A DNA stretch of 64,000 nt from Candidatus Yonathbacteria bacterium (GTDB lineage: Bacteria > Patescibacteriota > Minisyncoccia > Phycocordibacterales > UBA1550): contig DMXP01000006.1 of the NCBI GenBank assembly GCA_003483855.1, positions 24,280 through 88,279 of the forward strand, given 5' to 3'. Of the stretch, positions 28,649-39,524 are shown piece after piece; position 1 is the first letter of the stretch, and each line of letters begins with the position of its first letter. Under the pieces are notes generated by a model that searched no databases, had not been told where the DNA came from, and saw only the letters and a program-made list of their open reading frames with translations. Made by a program: the position numbers and the translations under genes.

Positions 28649-29685
28649 TTGATTATCAGGCCAGGTGAAAGGTGTAGTTCCTCAAAACTCAATTGTTTTT
28701 TAATCAAAGGTTTCCCTAGGAGACCAAGAATTGCATTAGCAATATCCACTTTTGTTGGGTAGTAAAACTCAGTAAGTGCTGTTGATGTAGGACATGGTAC
28801 ATTCGGACACGAAAGAGAGGAGGGCGTATCCTTAAATTTGACTGAGCTGTTTTGAGCTACCTTCGCAATAATCTCCGACCCAATATTAAACGCTCCGTTC
28901 GTAGTATCGACACAAAGGAGCCGTCCAGTCTTTGCCACCGATGACGCAACCGTTGCGTGGTCAACTGGATTAATACTGACGAGATCAATAAGCTCAACAC
29001 CAACATCATCTCCAATAAGCTCCAGCGCCTCAAGAGTAGCTACGAGCCCATCTCCATAGGTAACAACGGTTACATTACTGCCTCCTTTGACCACCTGCGC
29101 CATGTCAAGTGGTTCAGCATATATTCCCTCGGGAACGTCCTGTTTCGTGCCATAAAGCCATCGTGGTTCAAGGATAACGACAGGGTTTTTATCGCGAAGC
29201 GCCGACACCAAAAGTCCCTTTGCCATTTTAGGTGTTGATGGGATAACCACCTTGAGCCCCAACGCATTACCAAAGAGCGCATAGAGAGCCTGTGTGTGCT
29301 GAGGGCCATTACCCCACTGTCTTCCCACCGCAATACGGAAAACTATTGGTACAGGATTGCCACCTCCAAACATGTAGTTCCACTTCGCAGCTTGAGTAAA
29401 AATTTGATCAGCTGCAAAAAGTGAAAATTCAACACGACCGTGATGCACAATGGGGTGCATACCGTTAATCGCCACGCCAACAGCCATACCCGTGAATGCC
29501 GCCTCTGACACCGGCACATCAAAAACACGCTCTTCATACTTTGCCTTGAGCCCGCTGGTTGTTCCGTCCGCGCCATTTTTATATGAAACACCGAGCCCGA
29601 TTACTACAATGTTTGGGTCTTTCTCCATCATCTGGTCGGTCGCTTCTTTAAGCGCCTCTGTGTATTTAATAATTCGTTCAGGCAT
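28645..29685 (-). CDS. TPP-dependent 2-oxoacid dehydrogenase E1 component, beta subunit-like (transketolase C-terminal-like)
   Basis: ...EALKEATDQMMEKDPNIVVIGLGV... E1-beta architecture. Start moved to MPERI (ATG at 29685). Confidence 0.75.
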   Translation of the reverse strand: MPERIIKYTEALKEATDQMMEKDPNIVVIGLGVSYKNGADGTTSGLKAKYEERVFDVPVSEAAFTGMAVGVAINGMHPIVHHGRVEFSLFAADQIFTQAAKWNYMFGGGNPVPIVFRIAVGRQWGNGPQHTQALYALFGNALGLKVVIPSTPKMAKGLLVSALRDKNPVVILEPRWLYGTKQDVPEGIYAEPLDMAQVVKGGSNVTVVTYGDGLVATLEALELIGDDVGVELIDLVSINPVDHATVASSVAKTGRLLCVDTTNGAFNIGSEIIAKVAQNSSVKFKDTPSSLSCPNVPCPTSTALTEFYYPTKVDIANAILGLLGKPLIKKQLSFEELHLSPGLIIK

Positions 29686-30631
29686 AGAGATTAGTATATA
29701 AATTTTCCTTTGGTGGATACTTCGCATCAACAGCAAATTGAATGCTCTCTAGTACCGTTGCGCGTGCTTCTTTTTCAATATTATTTAAGTCTTCATCTGA
29801 AACACCACTTTTGACAAGAGATTCTTTCAACTTTTTCAAAGAATCTTTTTCCTGTCGCTTCTCTAGCACGTCCTCCTCACGATACCCTTCGTCAAAGATA
29901 GGCGCGCTGTGTGCCATGTGGCGATAGGTGATGCATTCAAGCACTGCAGGGCCCTTTCCTGCCCTCATACCATCGACAAGAGATTTTGCCTTTTCAAAAA
30001 CATCCTGATAGTCATTGCCGTCAACCTTGAGATATTTTACTCCGAGTCCAGTCACAATCTTTTCAACATTATGACTCTCACCACGACGCTCATGGAGCCT
30101 CGTATTAACCGAATGTAAATTATTTTCAATAACGAGTAAAAACGGAAGTTTAAAAAGTGCTGCGAGGTTCAATGTCTCACTCACAACCCCCTCCTCAGAT
30201 GCGCCATCCCCAATGAACCCTACCGACACACTGCCCCTTTTATTATATTTCTGCTCAAAGGCTGCGCCTGCGGCAATTGGCGTGATACTACCTAGGACTG
30301 GCGTCGAGCCGATAAAGCCAGCTGACTTATCAATCATGTGCATCGAGCCACCCATACCCTTCGCGCAACCGTACTCTTTGCCGAGAATCTCACACACCAT
30401 CCTCTTTAAATCACCTCCCTTCGCCAAGTAGTGACCGTGCGAGCGATGGTTGCCCAGCACGCGATCGTCTTTCTCAAGGGCATCACAAACACCAACAGCC
30501 ACGGCCTCTTGTCCCACATAAAAATGCACGAAGCTCATAATTTTGTTCTTCATATAAAAATCAGCAAGCTCCTGCTCCGCCATGCGGATGAGAACCATCT
30601 TTTTATATGCTTCTAGTAATTGGGTTTTCAT
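29678..30631 (-). CDS. TPP-dependent 2-oxoacid dehydrogenase E1 component, alpha subunit-like
   Basis: TPP motif GDGASEEG...NN plus ...YRHMAHS...; 317 aa. Confidence 0.75.
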   Translation of the reverse strand: MKTQLLEAYKKMVLIRMAEQELADFYMKNKIMSFVHFYVGQEAVAVGVCDALEKDDRVLGNHRSHGHYLAKGGDLKRMVCEILGKEYGCAKGMGGSMHMIDKSAGFIGSTPVLGSITPIAAGAAFEQKYNKRGSVSVGFIGDGASEEGVVSETLNLAALFKLPFLLVIENNLHSVNTRLHERRGESHNVEKIVTGLGVKYLKVDGNDYQDVFEKAKSLVDGMRAGKGPAVLECITYRHMAHSAPIFDEGYREEDVLEKRQEKDSLKKLKESLVKSGVSDEDLNNIEKEARATVLESIQFAVDAKYPPKENLYTNLYA

Positions 30632-30635
30632 ATGA

Positions 30636-31670
30636 CTACATTTCTATAAGTATTCTCCCCGCCTGTCCGCTTCGAACCAAGTCAATTGCTTCATTAATTT
30701 GGTCCAGTTTCATACGGTGTGTGATGATATCGTCAATCTTGAGTATCCCTGATTTGTGCAATTTTACATACCTTGGTATGTCCTTGCTCGGAGAAAACTT
30801 TCCACCTTGGGTTGCCTTTATCATTTTTCCCTCACCTCCAAAAAGGTGATGCGCGTTTTTTAATTCAATGTTTTCGCCTGGCTTTGGTTGGCCAACTAGG
30901 ATGTAACGGCCCTTTCCCGAGAGAAGTGGTATCGTATCCTCTAGGCTTTGCTTGTTGCCAGAGGTATCAATAATCACATCAACATCTTTAATACCGAACT
31001 TTTCAAAAAGCTTGTCCTTGATACTATCTGTTTTACAATTAATAAAGAAGTGTGCCCCCAAAGATTCGGCTGATTCCTTTTTGTTGTCATAGATATCTAC
31101 AGAAACGATTGGATACGCGCTCGCGAGTGTTGCTGCCCGTACAAGATTTAGCCCAAGTCCACCAGCGCCAACAACCATAACACTCTCTCCAAATTTAACC
31201 TCGGCTTCGTCATTAATTGTGCCAAGCGCAGTTGAGAGGCCACATCCTAGCAACGCGCACAATTCATTCGGCGTGTCATGAGGGACTGCAGTAATTCTAT
31301 TTTCAGACACAATCGAATATTCACTAAGTGTCGTAACCTTACCACTCTTAATGGTCTTGTCTTGATAAGTGTAGCTCGGGAAATCAGCCTCTATTCCATC
31401 TCCTTGTCGCCAATGCATAACCACTTTGTCCCCTGCTTTTACTTTGGTCACGCCGGGTCCTATTTTTTCAACGATTCCTGCTCCTTCGTGCCCGAGTAGG
31501 TGGGGCACGTACGCCGCGTTGTTTTTGTTACCTGCAATCTCCTGAAGTTGAGCTCCGCAGATGCCACTCGCAAGAACCTTCACCAAAACCTGCCCAAATA
31601 CCAAATCAGTCAAACCGACCTCTCCAATTACCAATGGCCCGTTTATTGTCTCCAGAATAGCTACTTTCAT
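30636..31670 (-). CDS. Zinc-containing medium-chain alcohol/polyol dehydrogenase (MDR family)
   Basis: ...GICGAQLQEI...GHEGAGIVE... and Rossmann GAGGLG; 344 aa. Confidence 0.75.
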   Translation of the reverse strand: MKVAILETINGPLVIGEVGLTDLVFGQVLVKVLASGICGAQLQEIAGNKNNAAYVPHLLGHEGAGIVEKIGPGVTKVKAGDKVVMHWRQGDGIEADFPSYTYQDKTIKSGKVTTLSEYSIVSENRITAVPHDTPNELCALLGCGLSTALGTINDEAEVKFGESVMVVGAGGLGLNLVRAATLASAYPIVSVDIYDNKKESAESLGAHFFINCKTDSIKDKLFEKFGIKDVDVIIDTSGNKQSLEDTIPLLSGKGRYILVGQPKPGENIELKNAHHLFGGEGKMIKATQGGKFSPSKDIPRYVKLHKSGILKIDDIITHRMKLDQINEAIDLVRSGQAGRILIEM

Positions 31671-31769
31671 CCGGCCATTTTAGCATAAAAAGTAATAAAT
31701 GCTATACTTTCACCATTAAACACCATGCGTGTTAGCGACACTATAGATAGCTAGGAAAATCTGAAAACA

Positions 31770-32984
31770 ATGTCCAGTATACTACTCTATCATCACCTTG
31801 GCCTCGGCGACCACATCATGTGCCACGGTATTGTTCGTGAATACTGCAAAAAATACGAAAAAGTTGCGATTTTTTGCTTGCCACATAATTACCCTTCAGT
31901 GTCATTCATGTACCGAGACTTAACTAACCTAACCATAATTAAAGGTGGCGACTCAGACGCTCGCAAATTCATAAAGCAAAATGCTTCTGAACCAGAGGAA
32001 TTGAAATACGATGAAATAAAAATTATAGGATTTCAATATCTAAATAAGGGTAGCAATGTCCCGTTAGAGATGCAGTTTTACCGACTCGCAGACATTCCCT
32101 TTAATAAAAAATGGGATAGTTTTTTTATTAAAAGAGATTCCCAAAAAGAACAAGCGCTCTTTGAAAAAGTTGCCCCACAAGGTGATTATGCTTTCATCCA
32201 CGAAGATATCCCTCGAGGGTTCATAATTAACAGAGATCATATTAATAAAGATTACGAAGTTATTGTCGCAAATCAGAGTCACACAAACAATATTATTGAC
32301 TACTGTACTATTATAGAAAGAGCAAAGGAAATTCATGTAATTGATTCTTGTTTTATGTTTTTAATTGACTTCTTGTCATACAATAACCCAGACCAAAAAC
32401 TTTTCGTTCATCGATATTCCAGAGAAAACCACGAGTGGTTGCTTCCCTTTCTCAAAAAAGACTGGCACATCATTATAGACAGGCATGACAAAAAAGAACC
32501 TATTAAGGAAATACTTAGAACACTTTTGGGTGATAGAAATACTATTCTAAGAAAAATTATCCGGCGAATATTCAAGAGAATGAGGTGGGATATGGTTAGG
32601 CCGAGTTCCCCTGATTTAAACGCGCTCATCAAACGATATGTTTATAGAAAATCATTTCTCGCTATCTCTACCAATGATAATAGTGATGATTATATATCTG
32701 TTGCGCAGGACGCTGGTGCAATGAGAGCGAATTCAAGCATGCTAGAAGTAGCAGTACCGGCAGATACTGTATTCTATTCTGGTACATTTCCCAAAAACGG
32801 TGATCTGGGGGCTTTACTAAAAAAGTTACGCCTGCTAACAAAAAATATTATAATATTTCATACAAAAAATTGTGCACCAGAATATCTTGAATCAATGCTT
32901 GTACAAGCTGGATTTGAAACTCGCGAGAAACACGTGTTCCCTTATGAAGTATGTTTCGTCTGCCGAACGGTAACTAAAAAATAA
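31770..32984 (+). CDS. Hypothetical; N-terminal half GT9 (heptosyltransferase)-like, C-terminal domain unknown
   Basis: HHLGLGDHIMCHGIVREY and ...EIHVIDSCFMFLIDFL resemble GT9 motifs. Only plus-strand gene inside the minus-strand operons. Confidence 0.35.
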   Translation: MSSILLYHHLGLGDHIMCHGIVREYCKKYEKVAIFCLPHNYPSVSFMYRDLTNLTIIKGGDSDARKFIKQNASEPEELKYDEIKIIGFQYLNKGSNVPLEMQFYRLADIPFNKKWDSFFIKRDSQKEQALFEKVAPQGDYAFIHEDIPRGFIINRDHINKDYEVIVANQSHTNNIIDYCTIIERAKEIHVIDSCFMFLIDFLSYNNPDQKLFVHRYSRENHEWLLPFLKKDWHIIIDRHDKKEPIKEILRTLLGDRNTILRKIIRRIFKRMRWDMVRPSSPDLNALIKRYVYRKSFLAISTNDNSDDYISVAQDAGAMRANSSMLEVAVPADTVFYSGTFPKNGDLGALLKKLRLLTKNIIIFHTKNCAPEYLESMLVQAGFETREKHVFPYEVCFVCRTVTKK

Positions 32985-32990
32985 CTGGTG

Positions 32991-33761
32991 TTAAATTTCA
33001 CGTAGGTAAAGCGCGTCCTGTATTGTTTTGCTCCTGAGCGTTTTACGCATAAGCAGATCAATTTGGAATTTAGTAAGAAAAAGTATGAACTTAAAGAACC
33101 AGTTTGGTATTTTCTTTTCTGTAAACAAATGAAGGTTTGCTCCATCACTATATAAATTTAGCTTATACTTTTTCGCAATGTATAAAAGTGTCTTAAATGA
33201 ATAAAATGAGATATGCTGTCCATGTTTCAACCCGTAATATTCCCAATCATCTCTTGGGACTTCTTCTGGTAAGAGGAGTGTTGAGAAAAATATATTTTTT
33301 GAAATTTTTAACATCTTTTCTATTTCATTGATTGGAAGATCAAAGTGCTCAAAACATTCAAAGCAAGTAAGTGCTTCTATGTGTTGATTTTTATATTCAA
33401 GTCCTTTCATAAATAAATTTGGCGTGTGCAAATCATAAGTATAAAAATCCAGCCCGTAGTCACGCATCAATCGCGCAAGCATACCGTACCCCCCAGCATA
33501 ATCGAGGAAACTTGCTCGTATATTAAAAAGAAACATGAAGAGAACTAATGTTTTTCGAGATAAGTATACATTGCGAAGCACATATCCTGTATCAGTATCT
33601 GCTATTGGCTCCTGATACGCCTCAGCAAGCCACACAGGATTCCCAACAAACATAAATCCGCACCCACGACATAGATAATATTCGGCATCATAAACCCCCC
33701 TTATTTTCAAGGTTTTCATTAGTAATGCTTGAGACTGACAGATTTTGCATTCCATAATCAA
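32991..33761 (-). CDS. Class I SAM-dependent methyltransferase with N-terminal zinc ribbon
   Basis: CKICQS...CRGCG followed by ...LDYAGGYGMLARL... (SAM-binding motif I). Confidence 0.6.
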   Translation of the reverse strand: MIMECKICQSQALLMKTLKIRGVYDAEYYLCRGCGFMFVGNPVWLAEAYQEPIADTDTGYVLRNVYLSRKTLVLFMFLFNIRASFLDYAGGYGMLARLMRDYGLDFYTYDLHTPNLFMKGLEYKNQHIEALTCFECFEHFDLPINEIEKMLKISKNIFFSTLLLPEEVPRDDWEYYGLKHGQHISFYSFKTLLYIAKKYKLNLYSDGANLHLFTEKKIPNWFFKFILFLTKFQIDLLMRKTLRSKTIQDALYLREI

Positions 33762-33765
33762 TACC

Positions 33766-34662
33766 TCAGCCTAGCAGAGATTTTAATTTTCTAAAAATCC
33801 TAACGAAAATATTTTTAACCAGAAAAGAGCTATAGTTTTTGTCAGCTTCTTTGTTTACCATAATTGAATCTGGGTGAATTATTTTTGAAATTGTGCCAGT
33901 TGGCATTTTACTAAAAATATCATCTGTTTTTGTGTGAGTGGCATTTCCACCAAAACCAATATTCGAAACGAGGTTCACATTCGGGAGAATAGTTATTCCA
34001 TTATTGTCATATATTGAGTATACCAATTGTCCATCCCATGTATCAATTTTGTTCGCGTAAAGCTTGTCAAAAAGATTAAGCCAGTATTTTTGCATTTTCT
34101 TGTCCTTGAATATTTGCGCAATGCGATTGTTTTTTTTGAAATCAGGGTAGCTTTTCATTTCGATGTCGTATTCTTGCCAAGCACGACGCCATGTTGCCCA
34201 TCCCCAAATATGCGGAAAATTTGAAAAATAATAGCTTACATCTCCGTACATTTTTCCAAACTGAAAATTGTCTCCTGAAATCATTTTTACCTTTTCTGTA
34301 TTTCTATATTTACTTAATAATTCCTCACAAAAAGAAAAGAAGGATGGGTCTGGCAAGCAGTCATCTTCCAAAATAACCCCCTCTTCAACATTATCAAAAA
34401 ACCATGTGATTGCGCTGGAAACACCTTTTTTGCAACCTAGATTTTGATCTGAATATTTTCTATATACTTCACACGGCCAATCAATATTTTCTGTTACTTT
34501 TCTTGTCTCTTCACAAAGCTTCGCCTCGCCCTCTCTGTGCACACGTGGTCCATCGGCAGCAATATATAATTTTGCGGGCTTGATAGCTCGAATAGCTTCA
34601 AAAACCTGCTTTGCTACATCAGGACGATTGAAAACAATAAAAAGAACTGGTGTTTGATACAT
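33766..34662 (-). CDS. GT-A fold glycosyltransferase, family uncertain
   Basis: LFIVFNRPDV...KLYIAADGPR...ILEDDCLP...WGWATWRRAW. Confidence 0.45.
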   Translation of the reverse strand: MYQTPVLFIVFNRPDVAKQVFEAIRAIKPAKLYIAADGPRVHREGEAKLCEETRKVTENIDWPCEVYRKYSDQNLGCKKGVSSAITWFFDNVEEGVILEDDCLPDPSFFSFCEELLSKYRNTEKVKMISGDNFQFGKMYGDVSYYFSNFPHIWGWATWRRAWQEYDIEMKSYPDFKKNNRIAQIFKDKKMQKYWLNLFDKLYANKIDTWDGQLVYSIYDNNGITILPNVNLVSNIGFGGNATHTKTDDIFSKMPTGTISKIIHPDSIMVNKEADKNYSSFLVKNIFVRIFRKLKSLLG

Positions 34663-34664
34663 TT

Positions 34665-35435
34665 TTATTTTTTAATAAACCAGAAACATCCACACCCCCA
34701 ATTTTGTTCTTTAACCATATTTTTGTCAGCATTTGATATAAGTCCATATTTTTTGTAATCATCAGGAACTAAAGAAAATTCTTTGATGTCCATATCTGGG
34801 AACATGCTCACAACTTGCTCATACGAATAAATTCGGTGAGCGTTAAATTCTATCTTTGGTTTTCCAACGGGGACTACGAACACAAGCGAACCACCACTTT
34901 TTACCACCCTGGAGAGCTCCTTTGATGCCTTGATGTCCCCCGTAGAATCGAGACGATCTCCATACCTTCCAAGTCCGATATGCTCGACTGTGTGCATACA
35001 CGAAATTGATTCAATACTATTATCAATAAACGGCAATCTCATTAAGTCCCCCCTCTTGCACTCCAGATTATCAAACCTTATTTCAGCAGGCCGATAATCG
35101 TAAAAATCTACAGGAATAAATGCTGACATCATTGTAGAAAAAGTAACCGTGGAGGATATGTCTATGTGTTTGGTGGGATTTATTTTTTTTACTACCCGAC
35201 AAGCCCACGCGGGATGATAAACATAGTGGGGTTCAAATCCAGTTGTGGCGGTGTTGTCTAAAAGGCATGGAAATAAATCCGTAATATTTGTAGTGAATCT
35301 TTTGTCATCCTCTAGAAGTTTTTTGAAAATAAAATACTCATTAAAAAAGGACGGGTATCTAATCATTTTTTTAACTAAATGATAAATTGCTACTGCAATA
35401 GAATACTGAGCAAGAGTTTTTCTTATTTTTTCCAT
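34665..35435 (-). CDS. DUF268-family putative SAM-dependent methyltransferase (paralogue B)
   Basis: See paralogue A. Confidence 0.55.
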   Translation of the reverse strand: MEKIRKTLAQYSIAVAIYHLVKKMIRYPSFFNEYFIFKKLLEDDKRFTTNITDLFPCLLDNTATTGFEPHYVYHPAWACRVVKKINPTKHIDISSTVTFSTMMSAFIPVDFYDYRPAEIRFDNLECKRGDLMRLPFIDNSIESISCMHTVEHIGLGRYGDRLDSTGDIKASKELSRVVKSGGSLVFVVPVGKPKIEFNAHRIYSYEQVVSMFPDMDIKEFSLVPDDYKKYGLISNADKNMVKEQNWGCGCFWFIKK

Positions 35436-36580
35436 AATTTTTGAATAAATTGTACTATTTTAAAAGCAGTCAGGTTTCTAGTGTACCATTTATTAAGTAT
35501 TTTTGACTCTGTTGCTAACCCATTCAATATTTCCATTACGTGTTTTTCAATTAAATTTGATTCTGAACCAGACAGACCGACACTAGATCTTAATAATGAA
35601 AAATAAACAATTTTGGAATCTATTTTATTTTCGAGTAGTCTTTTACATACATCTAATGCCTCACTGTATTTTTTCTGCCTATAATTTACTATAAAATTAT
35701 CATATAACTCAGAAGGACGGTCGCTCGCCGTAACTTTTAAATCCTGCGCGACAAGTAAATTCTTTTCTGAATATAAGTCCTGTAGCAGAATTGAAAGATT
35801 TTCCTTCAAACTGGAATTTTTAAAGACATCATACGCAAGAATTTCTTTTTTTGCGTATGAGGAAAGTAGCCCCCAAATATCCTCAATTGCAAGGTAATAA
35901 TTAACTGAAAAATTCCCTTTATTAAATTCTCTTTCAAAATAGGATGGCTCACTACTATTTTGTCTGTGGTAGAAAAAAGTATCTGGGCAAACAAGAACAA
36001 GGTTCCCCGCCGAAAGATACCTCATTTCGAAACTCTGAGTGTCAAAACCGTGGTGTTCCGGATATTGAGATGTCTTCAAAAATGATTCCTTAGTGAAAAG
36101 AAAATTATCTAAAAGAATTCCGCTTCTATCAAAAATATTATCAATAATAATGGGCTTACCTAAAATGGTATTAAAATGGGGGGTAAACATTTTCTTACTC
36201 TTGGAATGGAAAAAACGCCTCTCGTAAAAAACTACTCCATCCGCCTTTTTCTCTAATAAAAAATGTACCATTTCTCTCAGAGAATTTGGATCAAGTATAT
36301 TATCGCTATCTAAGCAAAAAATGAGTTCCCCCTTTGAATTTTTTATACCAGTATTCCTTGCTGCTCCGCCACCTTTATTTTTATCATGGTAAAAAAGTTT
36401 TATTTCTGAATGTCTATCAGCAAGCTCCTGCATCACTTCCCTAGTCGCATCAGTTGACCCATCATCTACCATTACTATTTCAAAATTATCCAATCCTCCA
36501 GCAAAACAAGACCCTACCGCCTCTTCGAGGGTGTCTTGGCAATTATAGCAAGGCATTATGATTGAAAGAGTTGGTTTCAT
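35423..36580 (-). CDS. Family-2 glycosyltransferase
   Basis: LSIIMPCYNCQDTLEEAV...VMVDDGSTD...KNKGGGAARNTG. Confidence 0.8.
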   Translation of the reverse strand: MKPTLSIIMPCYNCQDTLEEAVGSCFAGGLDNFEIVMVDDGSTDATREVMQELADRHSEIKLFYHDKNKGGGAARNTGIKNSKGELIFCLDSDNILDPNSLREMVHFLLEKKADGVVFYERRFFHSKSKKMFTPHFNTILGKPIIIDNIFDRSGILLDNFLFTKESFLKTSQYPEHHGFDTQSFEMRYLSAGNLVLVCPDTFFYHRQNSSEPSYFEREFNKGNFSVNYYLAIEDIWGLLSSYAKKEILAYDVFKNSSLKENLSILLQDLYSEKNLLVAQDLKVTASDRPSELYDNFIVNYRQKKYSEALDVCKRLLENKIDSKIVYFSLLRSSVGLSGSESNLIEKHVMEILNGLATESKILNKWYTRNLTAFKIVQFIQKLWKK

Positions 36581-36587
36581 TCAGTGT

Positions 36588-37481
36588 TTAATCTTTTATG
36601 TTCCTAATCTTATCAGTCCAGTAATCCATATACAACGGTTCATAATTTGAGTTCTTTTTGATACTTTCAAATTTATCCGCCAAATCCTTTTCACTTAGAT
36701 TGTCTAGCTCGTGCCAATCTCTAACTGACCACAAAGGAATCCCAATTTTTTCAAAATAATCTATAGTTATAGAACTTTTAACTATTGGCACAGAACCTAT
36801 ATACAAAGCATCCCATGTTCTGTGTCCCTCTACACATGACCCAGGTGGTGAAGCTATAAATTTATATGTGGCAAGGAAGGGTAAATATTGAAAAAAATTC
36901 ATCCACCTTTTGTAAGTATCGGCTAATGGATTCACCTTAAGGACATCCATGGCTTGCTGTCTTTCTCCTAAATTGTTAACTACAGTAAACCCATAAAAAA
37001 TACGGTCCATCTTAGCAATATTTTTCATTATAACTCTATTAAAAATAGATGGTATTCCTAAAACATAGTAATGTTTATTTTCTATCCCAAGAGGTATCGG
37101 GACTACTTTTGAATTAGCTATTAGAACATTTATTCCGTACCATTTTATAATCTTGTCATCGGCCATACTAAATATTTCTTGGTCTATGACCGCATCACCA
37201 TTGTGAGTTACTAAAACATAAGGTGATTCTATCTTGGGATGAACCTCAGTAAGGAATTTTTTAATGTTACTATCTCCAACAAAAATAACATCTTTGTCTC
37301 TGACGCTACCTACATCAAAATCCTTCCGCAAATCATCATAAATATGATCTGCAAAATTGCGAAAACCATCTCCCGTTATATACGGATAACTTGATGGCCT
37401 AGGGTTAGATGAGTATCTTATAAGAATACGTCCTGCGATGCGATATATGCGAAATATTAGGTCAAATAATTTTTGCTTCAT
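36588..37481 (-). CDS. Exostosin/GT47-like glycosyltransferase
   Basis: C-terminal YKFIASPPGSCVEGHRTWDALYIGSVPIV matches the GT47 motif s.FCL.P.G....S.R..EA...GCvPVi. Confidence 0.45.
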   Translation of the reverse strand: MKQKLFDLIFRIYRIAGRILIRYSSNPRPSSYPYITGDGFRNFADHIYDDLRKDFDVGSVRDKDVIFVGDSNIKKFLTEVHPKIESPYVLVTHNGDAVIDQEIFSMADDKIIKWYGINVLIANSKVVPIPLGIENKHYYVLGIPSIFNRVIMKNIAKMDRIFYGFTVVNNLGERQQAMDVLKVNPLADTYKRWMNFFQYLPFLATYKFIASPPGSCVEGHRTWDALYIGSVPIVKSSITIDYFEKIGIPLWSVRDWHELDNLSEKDLADKFESIKKNSNYEPLYMDYWTDKIRNIKD

Positions 37482-38365
37482 AATCCTTTTAGCATTAAAT
37501 TTATGTGGTGCGACAACTTATTGTAAAAAATTACAATCATAATTAATTTTTTATAAATAAACTTAGGAATATATTCTCTTATCTTTGTTCTGAAAAAAAA
37601 CTTCAAATATGGGACCTCAGCTAGTGGAGCTACGGGCCTAAGTGCTCTTTTAGGATACAGCCCTCTTGATTGGAGTGAATAACCTTCACCACCGTCATCA
37701 ATTGAAGCAAAGAGTTCATATTTAGGGATTGCATAATGAATAGGGAGCCAGCTCGTATCTCCTCCCCCTTTTTCGAAATCAAAAGGACAATATTTTGAAT
37801 ATCCCCTTAATATCGGTGGTCCAATTTTAATTATTTTATTAAATAACGATATCAAAAAAATGCCGGCCATACTAATAATGTATGTCTTTTCTATATCTGT
37901 TTCTTTTAGCGATTCTTTATCAAGCAAGAATGTGGAAATATTTTTATACTCTCTTTTTTGTAGAGCGCTATATGGTTCTATCAATTTTCCAGAATTCCAC
38001 CATGAGTAGCACAGATATTCTGAGCAAGCATCCTTCATTTCTTTTAGGATTTCTTCGTATTTTTTTGTATCTACTAAATTTAGATGGTCCTCAATCCAAA
38101 AGAAAACAAAGTCGGTATTGATATCACCTAACATCAAACGAGTATCGCTGAACCACCCCTTCTCGCTCTCTAACATATATGGGATCAACTTATCACCTAA
38201 ATTATCATGTAAAAAGAATAACGTATCAAATTTATATTTTCCCCTTACGTTAATTACCCACTTTTCTGCTTCAATATCCTTGAATGACAAAAAGGAATCC
38301 TTCATCCTCAAGAATCTCTCTTCGTCATTTATATAAAAATTAGCGAATATAGTTAGGGTTGCCAT
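37478..38365 (-). CDS. Hypothetical protein (glycan-cluster member), AT-rich
   Basis: 295 aa, no recognisable motif. Translationally coupled to both neighbours. Confidence 0.45.
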   Translation of the reverse strand: MATLTIFANFYINDEERFLRMKDSFLSFKDIEAEKWVINVRGKYKFDTLFFLHDNLGDKLIPYMLESEKGWFSDTRLMLGDINTDFVFFWIEDHLNLVDTKKYEEILKEMKDACSEYLCYSWWNSGKLIEPYSALQKREYKNISTFLLDKESLKETDIEKTYIISMAGIFLISLFNKIIKIGPPILRGYSKYCPFDFEKGGGDTSWLPIHYAIPKYELFASIDDGGEGYSLQSRGLYPKRALRPVAPLAEVPYLKFFFRTKIREYIPKFIYKKLIMIVIFYNKLSHHINLMLKGL

Positions 38366-38368
38366 AAT

Positions 38369-39514
38369 TTACCAAAAAGTTGCCTGCGGATTTATATTCT
38401 CAAGGATATCTTTTTTTATTTCTTCATCATAACCTCCCGCCTTCAAAATCACAGTTACTGGACCCTTGTTTTTGAGCACCTTAGGCGATTCTATCACAAA
38501 ACTAGTACCGTACAATCTTTTACCATGTTTAATTGGGCTATTATCTAAAATAGCGATTATTTTATCAGTTTTGAGGCCGAATTGGATTAATGTCTGTGAA
38601 AATATATGTGCCCCAAATAAATATACTGGGTGATCACTTTTTTCTATTAAACTGTTCAGGACGGCAATCATTTCGAGGTGGTAGTTTATATAACCCATAA
38701 ACACCTTCTTGTACTCATTGTACTTGTTCTCTATTGAAACTAGATCAGACGAAACATCAGCTTTTTCTGTAGCATAAAAGATACTATGAGGGTCACCGTA
38801 ATATTGCTTTTCCAAAACAATAAAACCATTTTTTTCTAGTAGGTATTCAGTAAAGTATTCAGTTAGAAAAACCGTATGCTCAAAATTTAGGCAATTTGTC
38901 CAATTCAGTTTGAGCATTGGAAGAAGATTAGGGAAGGTGAAGATATGCCTATCTCCTTTTTTCATGAACTTTGAGATGTGCTCAATGAAAACTATCGGAT
39001 TATATGTGTGCTCAAATACATGCGAATGAATAATTGTGTCAAAATGTTCATCAATAACAAATTTATCATCAAACCAAGCTTTGATTACTCTTATTTGCGG
39101 ATCATCTATGTGCTCAGGATTCGGTTCAACTATTGTCCATTTTATATTTGAATCAAGAGTACGATAATTTTTTGCAATTTGGTCGTGGGCTCCACCTATC
39201 TCTAAAATATTTTTTGACTTATATTTATACAGAAATTGCGCGAAAGCAGTATAATGCTCTTTCCATATTTTCCCAGTGCCATCATTGTGTTGGTTCCTAT
39301 ATAAAATTTCCAGCGGGATTAATTTTCGTAGCTGAATCAATCCAGTGTCCTTACAAATATCCCAAACCATATCAGCTACAATATCTTCATCCTGCGGGGC
39401 ATCAACACACCCCATAAACACCGGAAAATTCTCAAACGTGTGTAAGTGCTCAAGATTCTCCTTGCCCGTAATCAGGCTTTTTGTTCTTTCATTAAACGTA
39501 TCAAGTTTTTTCAT
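38369..39514 (-). CDS. NDP-hexose C-methyltransferase-like (TylCIII/TcaB9-type SAM MTase with C-terminal domain)
   Basis: ...ILEIGGAHDQI... SAM motif plus a C-terminal ...YLFGAHIFSQT...ILDNSPIKHGK domain typical of sugar C-methyltransferases. Confidence 0.5.
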   Translation of the reverse strand: MKKLDTFNERTKSLITGKENLEHLHTFENFPVFMGCVDAPQDEDIVADMVWDICKDTGLIQLRKLIPLEILYRNQHNDGTGKIWKEHYTAFAQFLYKYKSKNILEIGGAHDQIAKNYRTLDSNIKWTIVEPNPEHIDDPQIRVIKAWFDDKFVIDEHFDTIIHSHVFEHTYNPIVFIEHISKFMKKGDRHIFTFPNLLPMLKLNWTNCLNFEHTVFLTEYFTEYLLEKNGFIVLEKQYYGDPHSIFYATEKADVSSDLVSIENKYNEYKKVFMGYINYHLEMIAVLNSLIEKSDHPVYLFGAHIFSQTLIQFGLKTDKIIAILDNSPIKHGKRLYGTSFVIESPKVLKNKGPVTVILKAGGYDEEIKKDILENINPQATFW

Positions 39515-39524
39515 ACACCGTTAC

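Noticed and set aside
28645-30631. Calling the E1 alpha/beta pair a pyruvate dehydrogenase complex
   Set aside because: No E2 (lipoyl acyltransferase) or E3 gene is adjacent, and the pair is embedded in a glycan operon. So a sugar-modifying TPP enzyme is more plausible than central-metabolism PDH.
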